Assembly (NCBI GenBank): GCA_944349515.1 | Contig: CALVNE010000005.1 | Location: 1-49,588, forward strand | Reading direction: 5' to 3' | DNA from: an uncultured Clostridia bacterium | Lineage (GTDB): Bacteria > Bacillota > Clostridia > Christensenellales > UBA1242 | Length of the DNA: 49,588 bases | In this document: positions 16,533 to 25,474 of the stretch, one piece after another | Layout: the number at the start of each line of letters is the position of its first letter | Position numbering within the stretch: position 1 is the stretch's first letter | The notes under the pieces: model-generated | Told to the model about the DNA's origin: nothing | Databases searched by the model: none | The model's input: only the letters and a program-made list of their open reading frames with translations | Translations under genes and position numbers: made by a program

Positions 16533-19500
16533 ATGAGTAAAAATTTAAGGGTTTTTAAGGTTTTTTGTTTGGTCTTGGCGGGACTTATGGCACTCGTCGG
16601 CTTTGGCGCGCTTAGCGCGAGTTTCGCTAGTGCCGAAAAGGTGTACGACGGCGGAACGTTCGAGGACTTTTATGCGCAGGTTATGCGGTTATATGAAGAT
16701 TACGGCGACGTCAACGAGGGCGGGAGCGTGGCGATTAGTAAAAATGAGGTCTTGGAGGATAACGGCGAACTCTATCTTTCCGCCTCCTCATTAAGCGCAC
16801 TCTCTAATGGCAAAGCTAATGGCGTGCAAGTTTTAAGTGCAGATACTGAAAATTATGGCGGGGCGGACGACGAGCAAACTTTGGAAGTTGACATGAAAAA
16901 TGAAGAGTTGCTTGGAAGTCAAACTTCCGCTTTGTCTTATAATAGCGAAAGCGCTGAGGAAGTGGCTGGATATATGCCACTTTCTGACACTGAGTACTTA
17001 GTGGAAGAAATAGGCGAAAAGTATATCATCAGCGAGCCTTCTTACACCAACCGAATTGTCGTTCGATATGAGGGCGACCTTCCGGCGTATAAGACAGAGG
17101 CGTACGCTGAGGGCTTGGGCTGGCATATCTATCAATACACCTCTAAGGAAGCGACCGACGAGGCGTATGAGTATTATAATAGTCTTGATTATGTTGATTT
17201 CGTGGAGTATGACCTTGTGGTTATGGGCGCAAGTTCCGCTGAAAATGACGAGGTTTCCTCTTCGGCAACAACAAGTTATCTTTCATGGGGCGCGTCTTAC
17301 ACCGGCATTGACGAATATCTTTCCTATTTGTCCTATATCTATGACGAGAGCGAACTTGAGCGCGTGTATGTGCCAGTTTTGGATAGCGGAATTAACACCG
17401 ACCACTCTCTTTTTCAAGGGCGCTATTCTAGCGTGTATGGCAGAAATTTCACTAGCACCACAGCGGATGGCACCGTTGTTCCAGACGAAAACTTTGAGGA
17501 CGATAACAACCATGGCTCGCACACCTCGGGTATCATTGCCGACCAAACGCTAGATAATGTCATACTCATTCCGCTTAAAGTGCTCCGCGCAAACGGCAAA
17601 GGGTCGGTGACCATGATTGCAACGGCGATTGAGTATGTCATCTCAATAAAAGAATCTTATAACCTCAACATTCGCGTGATGAACATGAGTTTGGGCTTGG
17701 AAACCGAGGACGGCAGTCCAATTTACAGCAGAACTTTGGAAACAGTTGTAAAAGAGGCGTATAATGCCGATATCATGTCGGTTGTTGCGGCGGGGAATAG
17801 TCATTTTAACACTTCCGCCAGCGCACCAGCAAATATGTATGAAGAGGTGATAGTTGTCTCCGCGCTGGAAGAAAATCCTTACTATGAAAAAGGGCTGTGC
17901 GTGGCGGACTACTCTAATTATGGCTCGACGGTTGACCTTTCTGCACCGGGAACCGCTGTTGAAAGCGCATATAGCAATGTGCTATACGGCGAACTGAGTG
18001 GCACCTCAATGGCGGCGCCTCATGTGACCGCGGTGATTGCCAATCTTTTATCCAACCCTTCATTTTCTTCGCTGAGTAACTCTGAAATTGAAAATCTGCT
18101 TTTTGCTAACGCCATAGACCTCGGCGCGGAGGGCAAGGATATATATTATGGTTACGGCTGTGTGAATATTGCTAATGTTGGCGTGGAAACGGTGGGTGAG
18201 GTCGTTTTCAGTGAGGAAAATTCCTTCCAAGACGCGCCGATAAACCTCACGCTTTCCTTTAGCGACGCGGAATACATCAATGGCACATACAAAATTTTCT
18301 ATACCTTGGACGAAACAAGCCCGACCCTAGACGATCTCGAATACACTTCGCCTATCGAAATTTCCACCACCACCAAAATTACCGCTGTGGCATTCGTCTT
18401 TAACGATTCTGGCGACATTGCGGTGAAGAGTAAGGTCACCTCAATGACATATTACTACGATAATCAAGACCTTGCAAGCAGTTACACGGTGACGGGCAGT
18501 AGTATGTCTGGCACACTTGTTAGTTACAACGGCGAATTGACAACCTTGGTTGTGCCAGAAACAATTAATGGACTTGCGATAACAAGCGTGGCGGAGAATG
18601 CCTTTGCTAACTCCAAGGTAGAAAATTTGATATTTTCCTCGCCTAATTTGCTATTTAATAACTATGCCTTTTATTCCTTAGGGTCCCTCGTTTCGGTGGA
18701 CGCTTTGGGCGCTAAATATGTTGGAGATTACACTTTTGCTAATTGCAGTAATCTGACCACGGTAAATTTACCTTCTGTGTTTACGGTTGGCGACTATGCC
18801 TTCAAGGGCTGTTCGAAGTTAACAGAACTTAGTTTTCCTTTAATAACAAGTGTTGGCACGGGCGCGCTTGAAGATGTCAATTTAACCTCGCTATTTTTGG
18901 GTGGCGATTTAAGAAACTATGGCGACTCATACTTCCATGCCGACACCATTTACGCCTACTCTTCAAGCGGTTACGATACTGTTTTAAAAAATCATACTGA
19001 CGAACTAGTTTTACTCGACACAAGATTTGTCGAAAATTATCCAACGCGTGTCATTTACACCGAATCGGGCGAGGGGACGATCACCTTTGTGTATTATGTC
19101 AATGAAAATGCGTATATAAGCGAGGAACGTCCGGTGTTTATTCAGTATCGCCTCGCGCCAGAAAGTTATTTCGACCAAAATTATCCAAGTGAAACTGTGG
19201 CAAACGATTCGCCGGTCAATTTGGGCGACGGGCTTTTTGAGGTGACCTTCCACTTTGATAACCTCACTGTGGGTGCGGTTTACTCTTTTCAAATTTATAT
19301 ATATGATGCGTATACGCTTGGGTCGTCAGATTTGGCACTCACCTCAGAAACTATAAGCGTGAGAGTTTTAAGTGACGATACCGCAAGTTACAATTTGAAC
19401 TTTGACGAGGGCGATTACAAGATTTTTGTGGACGGCGTGAGCGTGGCAAGCGGATACACGCTTTATGCCGATTTAGATTACAGCATTCAAGTGGTGCCAG

Positions 19501-20231
19501 CAACAAGTTATCGTGTGGAAAATGTGCTTGTCAAAGAGGGCGCGAATAGCACCACGGCGACCTTGGACGGAGATAACACCTTCACCCTTTCAAATGTGAC
19601 AGGTGATGTTACTTTGGAAGTTGAAATGGCAGAAATTGAGGAGTTTGAAATTTCCTTCATATATGGCGACGGGGTGGTTGTGCTTGGGAGTGACAGCGAG
19701 TTTTTATCTTCAAGCGTAATAGTTCCAAGAAATTCGAGCCTCACCTTTTCGCTTTGGCTAAATGATGCGTACGAGGTGACCTATGTTGAGATTGACGGCG
19801 TAAGACAAACGCTAAAAGAGGAGTTTGTGCTAGAAAACATTTTGTCTGACCACACCGTGGAGATTGGCTCTCAACCAAAGTCCTTTGTTATCACTGTAAA
19901 CACGGGCGTGGGCGGTCACGCAATGCAAAATCTGGAAAGGGTGAACTACGGCGAGGATAAGGATATCATACTAGACTGCGAGGAGGGATATTACATTAAG
20001 GCGGTCTATGTGAATGGCGAAGAGGTGGAAATTTTTGGCAATGTTTTGACCTTGAAAAATGTTACAAGCGATATGTCAATTGTGGTGGAGTTTGAAAAGG
20101 AAGGCTCAGATGGTTTTGAAGGCGCTCCACTTGTGATTTTGATAATCTTCGCTGTGGCGCTTCTAATAACCATTCTCTGCGTGGTGTTCTTGTTCACTAA
20201 AAAACCAAATAAAAATAAAAAAATGATGTAA
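16533..20231 (+). CDS. Membrane-anchored S8 (subtilisin-like) serine protease with Ig-like and BspA-type LRR domains
   Basis: Signal peptide; catalytic triad VLDSG / HGSHTSG / GTSMAAPHV; oxyanion AAGN; IFYTLDETSPT domain; VGDYAFKGCSKL repeats; C-terminal TM plus Lys tail. Confidence 0.9.
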   Translation: MSKNLRVFKVFCLVLAGLMALVGFGALSASFASAEKVYDGGTFEDFYAQVMRLYEDYGDVNEGGSVAISKNEVLEDNGELYLSASSLSALSNGKANGVQVLSADTENYGGADDEQTLEVDMKNEELLGSQTSALSYNSESAEEVAGYMPLSDTEYLVEEIGEKYIISEPSYTNRIVVRYEGDLPAYKTEAYAEGLGWHIYQYTSKEATDEAYEYYNSLDYVDFVEYDLVVMGASSAENDEVSSSATTSYLSWGASYTGIDEYLSYLSYIYDESELERVYVPVLDSGINTDHSLFQGRYSSVYGRNFTSTTADGTVVPDENFEDDNNHGSHTSGIIADQTLDNVILIPLKVLRANGKGSVTMIATAIEYVISIKESYNLNIRVMNMSLGLETEDGSPIYSRTLETVVKEAYNADIMSVVAAGNSHFNTSASAPANMYEEVIVVSALEENPYYEKGLCVADYSNYGSTVDLSAPGTAVESAYSNVLYGELSGTSMAAPHVTAVIANLLSNPSFSSLSNSEIENLLFANAIDLGAEGKDIYYGYGCVNIANVGVETVGEVVFSEENSFQDAPINLTLSFSDAEYINGTYKIFYTLDETSPTLDDLEYTSPIEISTTTKITAVAFVFNDSGDIAVKSKVTSMTYYYDNQDLASSYTVTGSSMSGTLVSYNGELTTLVVPETINGLAITSVAENAFANSKVENLIFSSPNLLFNNYAFYSLGSLVSVDALGAKYVGDYTFANCSNLTTVNLPSVFTVGDYAFKGCSKLTELSFPLITSVGTGALEDVNLTSLFLGGDLRNYGDSYFHADTIYAYSSSGYDTVLKNHTDELVLLDTRFVENYPTRVIYTESGEGTITFVYYVNENAYISEERPVFIQYRLAPESYFDQNYPSETVANDSPVNLGDGLFEVTFHFDNLTVGAVYSFQIYIYDAYTLGSSDLALTSETISVRVLSDDTASYNLNFDEGDYKIFVDGVSVASGYTLYADLDYSIQVVPATSYRVENVLVKEGANSTTATLDGDNTFTLSNVTGDVTLEVEMAEIEEFEISFIYGDGVVVLGSDSEFLSSSVIVPRNSSLTFSLWLNDAYEVTYVEIDGVRQTLKEEFVLENILSDHTVEIGSQPKSFVITVNTGVGGHAMQNLERVNYGEDKDIILDCEEGYYIKAVYVNGEEVEIFGNVLTLKNVTSDMSIVVEFEKEGSDGFEGAPLVILIIFAVALLITILCVVFLFTKKPNKNKKMM

Positions 20232-20283
20232 AATAGTTTTATTTTACTGGGCTAGTGTGATATAATGCATTTAGGAGGGAGTT

Positions 20284-20859
20284 ATGAGCACTGGACTTAT
20301 TGTTTTGCTTGCGATTGTTGGTATTGTTGTTCTTGTGGGCATAATTCTTGCCGTTTGGATTTGGACGCAGTACAATGCCTTCGTTCGCCTTAGAAATAGT
20401 GTAGACGAGTCGTATTCCACAATGGACGTCTACATGAAAAAAAGGTACGACCTCATTCCAAATCTCGTTGAAACGGTGAAGGGATATGCTAAACATGAAA
20501 AAGAGGCACTTGAAGGTGTTATGCAAGCGCGCTACTCTTGCATGAACGCAACAACGCCTCAGGAAAGGGCAAAAAGTGAAAATATGCTTACTGACACTTT
20601 GAAATCGCTGTTTGCTGTAACGGAAAACTATCCTCAACTTCAAGCAAATCAAAACTTTATGGATCTTCAACAGTCCTTAAAGACGCTTGAAGAGGAAATC
20701 GCCACGTCAAGAAAGTATTATAACGGCTGTGTTAAAACCTACAACATTAAACGCGAAACCTTTCCAAGCAACTTAATTGCAAAATGGTTCAAGTTTACAA
20801 AACGTGACCTTTTTGAAATTGTTGAACAAGAAAAAGTGGCGCCAAAAGTGCAATTTTAA
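20284..20859 (+). CDS. lemA: LemA family protein
   Basis: N-terminal TM, YN..V.LRN, KKRYDLIPNLVETVKGYA, ENYPQL.A, FPSNLIA. Confidence 0.93.
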   Translation: MSTGLIVLLAIVGIVVLVGIILAVWIWTQYNAFVRLRNSVDESYSTMDVYMKKRYDLIPNLVETVKGYAKHEKEALEGVMQARYSCMNATTPQERAKSENMLTDTLKSLFAVTENYPQLQANQNFMDLQQSLKTLEEEIATSRKYYNGCVKTYNIKRETFPSNLIAKWFKFTKRDLFEIVEQEKVAPKVQF

Positions 20860-20860
20860 A

Positions 20861-20916
20861 AAAAGAAAATCGGTTTGAACAGAACTTTGAAAGTTGGTTT
20901 TAAGCCGATTTTTTTG
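20861..20916. terminator. Terminator between lemA and the convergent lipoprotein gene
   Basis: AAAATCGGTTT/AAGCCGATTTT stem with A/T tracts on both sides. Confidence 0.65.
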
Positions 20917-20987
20917 TTTGTAACATAATTTCTTAAAAGTGTAATTTTTGTCGATATCAAATGAATAAGGCTACAAAATGAATAGGT

Positions 20988-22559
20988 TTAGAATGCCACA
21001 ACGCGCTCGTCATTATCGTCAATCTCTTCCACTTTTTGCGCAGAAACGCTTTTAATCTTACTTGCTAACTCGTTGCTTTTAATGGCGTCGTCGTTTAGGT
21101 TGTTATGCGAGGTGCTGTCATCTTTTTTCTCGTCTGGGTTGTCAACTTTTTCATGCGAAGCATTGTTCGTTTCTCTTGGTGAAGTGCCACTTATTTCTTT
21201 TAGCGAGGTGCTGTTGTCTAACTTTGCGTGCGGGGCTGTATTTTCGACTGAGGTCTTGTCATCTACCATAGTGGTGTTTTTATTTAAATTTTCAGTTTCA
21301 ACATCTTTTTGGTCCAAATTTTCCGCTGTGGTGCCGGAATTGCTGTCGGCTAGCACAGGCTGGGCGAGGCGATTAAAATTGTTGGAGCCGTATGTTCTGC
21401 CGAACGCGCCGTATCCTCTGCCATACATACCATTGTATCCTCCGCCATACATACCGTTAAAGCCTCCGCCGTATGGCACGCCACCGTAGTATCCACCACC
21501 ATAGTTACCATAATAGCCGTTGGCGCCGTAAATGCCGGTGCCGTAAGGGCGGTAGGTGTCAATGTTTCTTCTAAATGGACCATAGGTGTCGATGTTGTTA
21601 TTTGTTAAATCGTCTGTGTTGCCGTTGACCTCGTTGAGGTTGTCGGCGCTATCGTTGTCAACATCTTTATAGGTGTCGATATTCTTTGGAAGAAAACGCT
21701 TCTTTGGCTTTTTGACCTCTGTGTTTGGTGTGTTCGTATTGTTTGTGGTGTCATCATTGTTAGAGTTATTGTTTGTATCGTTGCCGTTATCCGAGGTGTT
21801 ATCCGTGGTGCTACCATTGTTATTAGTATTGTCATATAAGGTGTTTCCGTTATCCGCAATATTGTTGTCTGAGGTGTTGTTGTCGAGTTCCTCATCAAAG
21901 ATAAATTCGCCGTTGTAGGTGCCGTCGGTGAAATTTTCGCGAAGAGAGTTGTAGTACTCGGCATCGTCAATTCCCAAAACCTCCTCAATGTTTTGAAGGG
22001 TGTTTAATATGTTGATATAGTAGGCGCAACGCATATTTGAATTGCAAGCAATCTTATTTAATTTTGCGTTGACGCGTTCCACATTGCGGGCGACACCTCG
22101 CTTCATGGTATTATAGTTGCGATAAGTGGAATTAAATTCATTGCTACTTCGCGCCACATTATCGTTATAGTTTGATAGATTGGCGGTGAGGTCTTTTAAG
22201 GCGTTAAGTTCGCCCTTGGCAAGTTTCAAATCTTCCTTTTGAAGATATTTTTTTATCACAGCGGTTTTTCCCAAAATCTCATTTTTATAGTACTCCTCGG
22301 CTTGAAGGGTGTTTTGTGTGCGCATAAGGCTATTCTTCAAACTTTGGCATTTTGCTTCGTCCGTGATAGCGCTTAACTTCTCATCGTCCACATTCACATC
22401 GCTCATCGAAACGCTTTTTACGGTGGCGATTGAGTTGCTGGTTTTATCCAATTGGCTGGATAAATTGGTCTTTGCCGAAGTTTCGCCGTTGGACGCGCAA
22501 CCGGTTAAGGCAACCGAGAGCAGAAGAGATATTGCGCCTAAAATTATTTTACTTTTCAT
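20988..22559 (-). CDS. Lipoprotein with coiled coil, Asn-rich and Gly/Tyr-rich low-complexity regions (possibly spore-associated)
   Basis: Lipobox LTGC; GGAGG RBS places the start at ATG 22559; three NIDTY repeats; YGG repeats. Confidence 0.75.
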   Translation of the reverse strand: MKSKIILGAISLLLSVALTGCASNGETSAKTNLSSQLDKTSNSIATVKSVSMSDVNVDDEKLSAITDEAKCQSLKNSLMRTQNTLQAEEYYKNEILGKTAVIKKYLQKEDLKLAKGELNALKDLTANLSNYNDNVARSSNEFNSTYRNYNTMKRGVARNVERVNAKLNKIACNSNMRCAYYINILNTLQNIEEVLGIDDAEYYNSLRENFTDGTYNGEFIFDEELDNNTSDNNIADNGNTLYDNTNNNGSTTDNTSDNGNDTNNNSNNDDTTNNTNTPNTEVKKPKKRFLPKNIDTYKDVDNDSADNLNEVNGNTDDLTNNNIDTYGPFRRNIDTYRPYGTGIYGANGYYGNYGGGYYGGVPYGGGFNGMYGGGYNGMYGRGYGAFGRTYGSNNFNRLAQPVLADSNSGTTAENLDQKDVETENLNKNTTMVDDKTSVENTAPHAKLDNSTSLKEISGTSPRETNNASHEKVDNPDEKKDDSTSHNNLNDDAIKSNELASKIKSVSAQKVEEIDDNDERVVAF

Positions 22560-22581
22560 AACATAAACCTCCATTCGCTGT

Positions 22582-22610
22582 TAGTTTGTGTAAAAGCAAA
22601 AGGTTTATAC
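22582..22610 (-). promoter_or_regulatory. SigG-like promoter of the lipoprotein gene
   Basis: Minus strand GTATA-17 nt-CAAACTA. Confidence 0.5.
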
Positions 22611-22812
22611 AGCGTAAAAAAATTGATTAATAGGAAATGTCAAAAAAATCCAAAAAGAATATATTTTTTCAAAATTTAGGTAAAAAATATCAAAAAAATA
22701 CACTTTTTTCAAAAAAAATCGAAAAAATAAGCCAAAATTCGGCGTTTTTTGAAAAAATAAAATATTTGTTTAACTTGGCGCGTTATGGAAAAAATTATTT
22801 AAAGAGGTCAAT

Positions 22813-23460
22813 ATGAAAGAAATAAAGACATCTTTAAAAGAGGGAAAGAGCGCCGAAATGGACGCCTCAAAGAAAGAAACATCTTTTAAAGAGGATAACT
22901 TAAAAGAGGTCGAGAGAGATAAAAAGAAAGGTGCCAAAAATCAAAAGGGGAAGGGTGACATAAGTCCGAAGGCGATTGTTAGCGCTAAGGAGAATGCTAA
23001 CCTCAATGAGCAACAGCGCAACAAAGCGTACAACAAATATGTAAATGCCAAAATTCCAAAGACGCGACCTTGGCCAACACTATTCAACTCCTTTTGGGTG
23101 GGCGGGCTTATCTGCGTTTTGGGGCAGGGGATAAACGACCTACTTCTTTATATCTTTCCAAATATCTCCGAGCAGTCGGCGTGGGCTTACACCCTTATCA
23201 TTCTTATATTTATCGCGTCGCTCCTTACAGGCATAGGCGTATACGACAAACTTGGCAAGTTCGCCGGCGGTGGAACAATTGTACCCATTACCGGGTTTTC
23301 AAACTCCATAACAAGTCCGTCTGTGGAATTTAAAAGCGAGGGCATTGTTTACGGCATTTGCGTTAAGATGTTCACAATCGCCGGACCCGTTATTGTTTTC
23401 GGGATTCTTTCCAGCGCTCTCGTCGGGCTTATATACTATATAGTGTATTTGTTTATATAA
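22813..23460 (+). CDS. spoVAC: SpoVAC (dipicolinate uptake) protein with charged N-terminal extension
   Basis: FWVGGLICVLGQ, LTGIGVYDKLGKFAGGGTIVPITGFSNSITSP, FKSEG, MFTIAGPVIVFG. SigF/G-like GTTTA-14 nt-GGAAAAAATT at 22768-22796. Confidence 0.9.
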   Translation: MKEIKTSLKEGKSAEMDASKKETSFKEDNLKEVERDKKKGAKNQKGKGDISPKAIVSAKENANLNEQQRNKAYNKYVNAKIPKTRPWPTLFNSFWVGGLICVLGQGINDLLLYIFPNISEQSAWAYTLIILIFIASLLTGIGVYDKLGKFAGGGTIVPITGFSNSITSPSVEFKSEGIVYGICVKMFTIAGPVIVFGILSSALVGLIYYIVYLFI

Positions 23461-23604
23461 ATATAACATTATAAAAAAATCGTTTTAAACTTAGGCGCGG
23501 CTTTTAATATTTCGCACAAAACATAAAAAGTATGTATATTTTTCGAAAAATAAAGGAAAATATAACTAACAAGGAGATATCCTTGGGAAAACGGGAGGTA
23601 AACT

Positions 23605-23754
23605 ATGTTCGGAAAGAAGAAAGCGTCAAAAAAATGCAACGCTAACACTGAAGCAAGTAACGAAAACGCTTCAAGAGCAAAGAACTGTGAAGCAGGAAAA
23701 GAAGCTAAGTCTTGCAAAAACTGCAAAGGTTCTAGTGCAAAAAACTGCAAATAG
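23605..23754 (+). CDS. 49-aa Lys/Asn/Cys-rich small protein (not in ORF track)
   Basis: GGGAGGT RBS; MFGKKKASKKCNANTEASNENASRAKNCEAGKEAKSCKNCKGSSAKNCK; terminator directly downstream. Confidence 0.75.
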   Translation: MFGKKKASKKCNANTEASNENASRAKNCEAGKEAKSCKNCKGSSAKNCK

Positions 23755-23767
23755 TTGTTTCTCGGTG

Positions 23768-23800
23768 AAAAAAGCGCTCTAACCGCGCTTTTTTCTTTTT
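23768..23800 (+). terminator. Intrinsic terminator of the small Cys-rich gene
   Basis: AAAAAAGCGC-TCTAACC-GCGCTTTTTT. Confidence 0.8.
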
Positions 23801-24163
23801 GATTTATACTTTTTTTGTTCCACTTGTCTAGGTTTATTCTTTAATTTGTTTCACTTTTGTAGTTTTTTATTTTATTTTTCTTCTTATTATTCCTCTTCGC
23901 TTAATCTTTTTTATAATTTCATTTTGTTTGGTCTTTTTTCTTATTTATATTGATAAATTTTATAACAACCACATTGCAAAACTTTTTTAAATCAACTATA
24001 TTCAAAATACATTATAAAAATTTTCAACAATTGTATCTAGAAAAATAAATTCTCTTTTATTAAAATCTCACCAATTTTACACAAAAATCTATTTTTTACT
24101 AAACCTTTTCTTTTGGGCATATTTATCTTTCAACTATAAGCAATTTTTAGATATATTAAAAAG

Positions 24164-25135
24164 TTATCTCAAACTCTTTACCACCTTTTTAAAGTCAGCA
24201 GGATAAGGAATTTCAAACACAAAGTCCTTGTTAAGTTCGTTGTTATGAAACTTCATCTTTTTAAGGTGTAGGTAACTGTGATTGTATAGGTCGCGCTTGC
24301 CGTAGATTTCATCGCCGATAAGCGGGTGGTTGGCGGACGAGGCGTGTAGGCGGATTTGGTGGGTGCGTCCTTTGAAGATTTCCGCCTTAACAAGGGTGAG
24401 GGCATAGTTTTCCTTTCTTATATAGTTGTAATTTCCTCCGCTAAGCGCAATTTTGTATAGTATCATGCGAAAATTTTTCATAACTTGGCATCTAAAATTT
24501 AAAAACTTCACATCTTTCAACCTTTTCAGCGGGGTGAAGGTGGTTTTTGCGTACTGCCCAAAAGGCGAAATGATGCGCTTTCTCTCGTTTATGCCGTAAT
24601 TTATCACAGTGCAAATGGGCGCCTCAACCACAAACTTGTTTCTTATCTCGCCGTGGCAAATGGCATAGTATTCCTTCTCGATGTTGACCGTGTTTTGATA
24701 GGTTATCGTGTCTTTGGCAATGAGGATAAGTCCGGACGCGTCTTTATCCAGCCTATTCATAATTCTAAGCGTAAACTCGCTGTCGTCAATGTACGCGCAA
24801 ACCATGCCGGCGAGGTTGTTATGATAGTGGCTTCGCGTGGGCGTGGTTGGAAGAAGGGCGGGCTTGTTGACAACAAGATAGTAATCGTCCTCATACACAA
24901 CATCAATAGGCGCGTAGATTTTCTCTATCTCGGTGCCTTTGAAGGGGTTGCGGTCGATTTTGAGCGTGTCGCCAATTTTTAGTTTGTGATTGATATTTTC
25001 TGCCTTGCCGTTGACTTTTATGGCACCAAAGTATGCGCGAAGGTTTTTGATAAAATGCTCGCTGTAGCCATGCTCTTTTAAAAAGATGTATACGCTTTCG
25101 TAATTTTTCTCTATTTTCATCTCTAAGTATTTCAT
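24164..25135 (-). CDS. RluA-family pseudouridine synthase
   Basis: VVYEDDYYLVVNKPA, NRLDKDASGL (catalytic Asp), GRTHQIRLH, HPLIGDEIYG. Likely start ATG 25135. Confidence 0.9.
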   Translation of the reverse strand: MKYLEMKIEKNYESVYIFLKEHGYSEHFIKNLRAYFGAIKVNGKAENINHKLKIGDTLKIDRNPFKGTEIEKIYAPIDVVYEDDYYLVVNKPALLPTTPTRSHYHNNLAGMVCAYIDDSEFTLRIMNRLDKDASGLILIAKDTITYQNTVNIEKEYYAICHGEIRNKFVVEAPICTVINYGINERKRIISPFGQYAKTTFTPLKRLKDVKFLNFRCQVMKNFRMILYKIALSGGNYNYIRKENYALTLVKAEIFKGRTHQIRLHASSANHPLIGDEIYGKRDLYNHSYLHLKKMKFHNNELNKDFVFEIPYPADFKKVVKSLR

Positions 25136-25190
25136 ATCTAAACATTTTAGCACTTTTTGCGTTTAAAACAAAATAAATGAGGCAAATTGC

Positions 25191-25219
25191 TTGACAATTT
25201 TATAGAAGTTATTTATACT
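25191..25219 (+). promoter_or_regulatory. SigA promoter of pheST
   Basis: TTGACA-17 nt-TATACT. Confidence 0.8.
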
Positions 25220-25229
25220 TAAATTGTAA

Positions 25230-25462
25230 AAACGATGATGAAAGACTAGTAGATACGCTAACCTTCCAACAGAGAGCCTCGGTTTGCTGGAAAGAGGCGG
25301 ACGGCGCATGTTGAATTCCCTTTCTAGTTGCACCTTGAACGAATTTCAAGTAGAGGTTGTCGCGTAGGCAGGCGTAATTGCTTCAATGAGGCGCTTTTGA
25401 GCGTGAAGTTAGGTGGTAACACGATTTTTGGTCGTCCTAATAAAAAGGGGGCGACTTTTTTT
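25230..25462 (+). promoter_or_regulatory. Phe-specific T-box riboswitch
   Basis: AGAGA and GCTGGAA stem I motifs; GAA-TTC specifier (TTC 25316-25318); T-box AGGTGGTAACACG 25411-25423; terminator 25431-25462. Confidence 0.92.
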
Positions 25463-25474
25463 AAGGAGAGAAGT

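Noticed and set aside
23469-23750. 93-aa minus-strand ORF
   Set aside because: Antisense shadow of the plus-strand 49-aa gene, which has the RBS and terminator.
25328-25474. N-terminal extension of PheS
   Set aside because: The region is the T-box leader; RBS and ATG are at 25463-25477.
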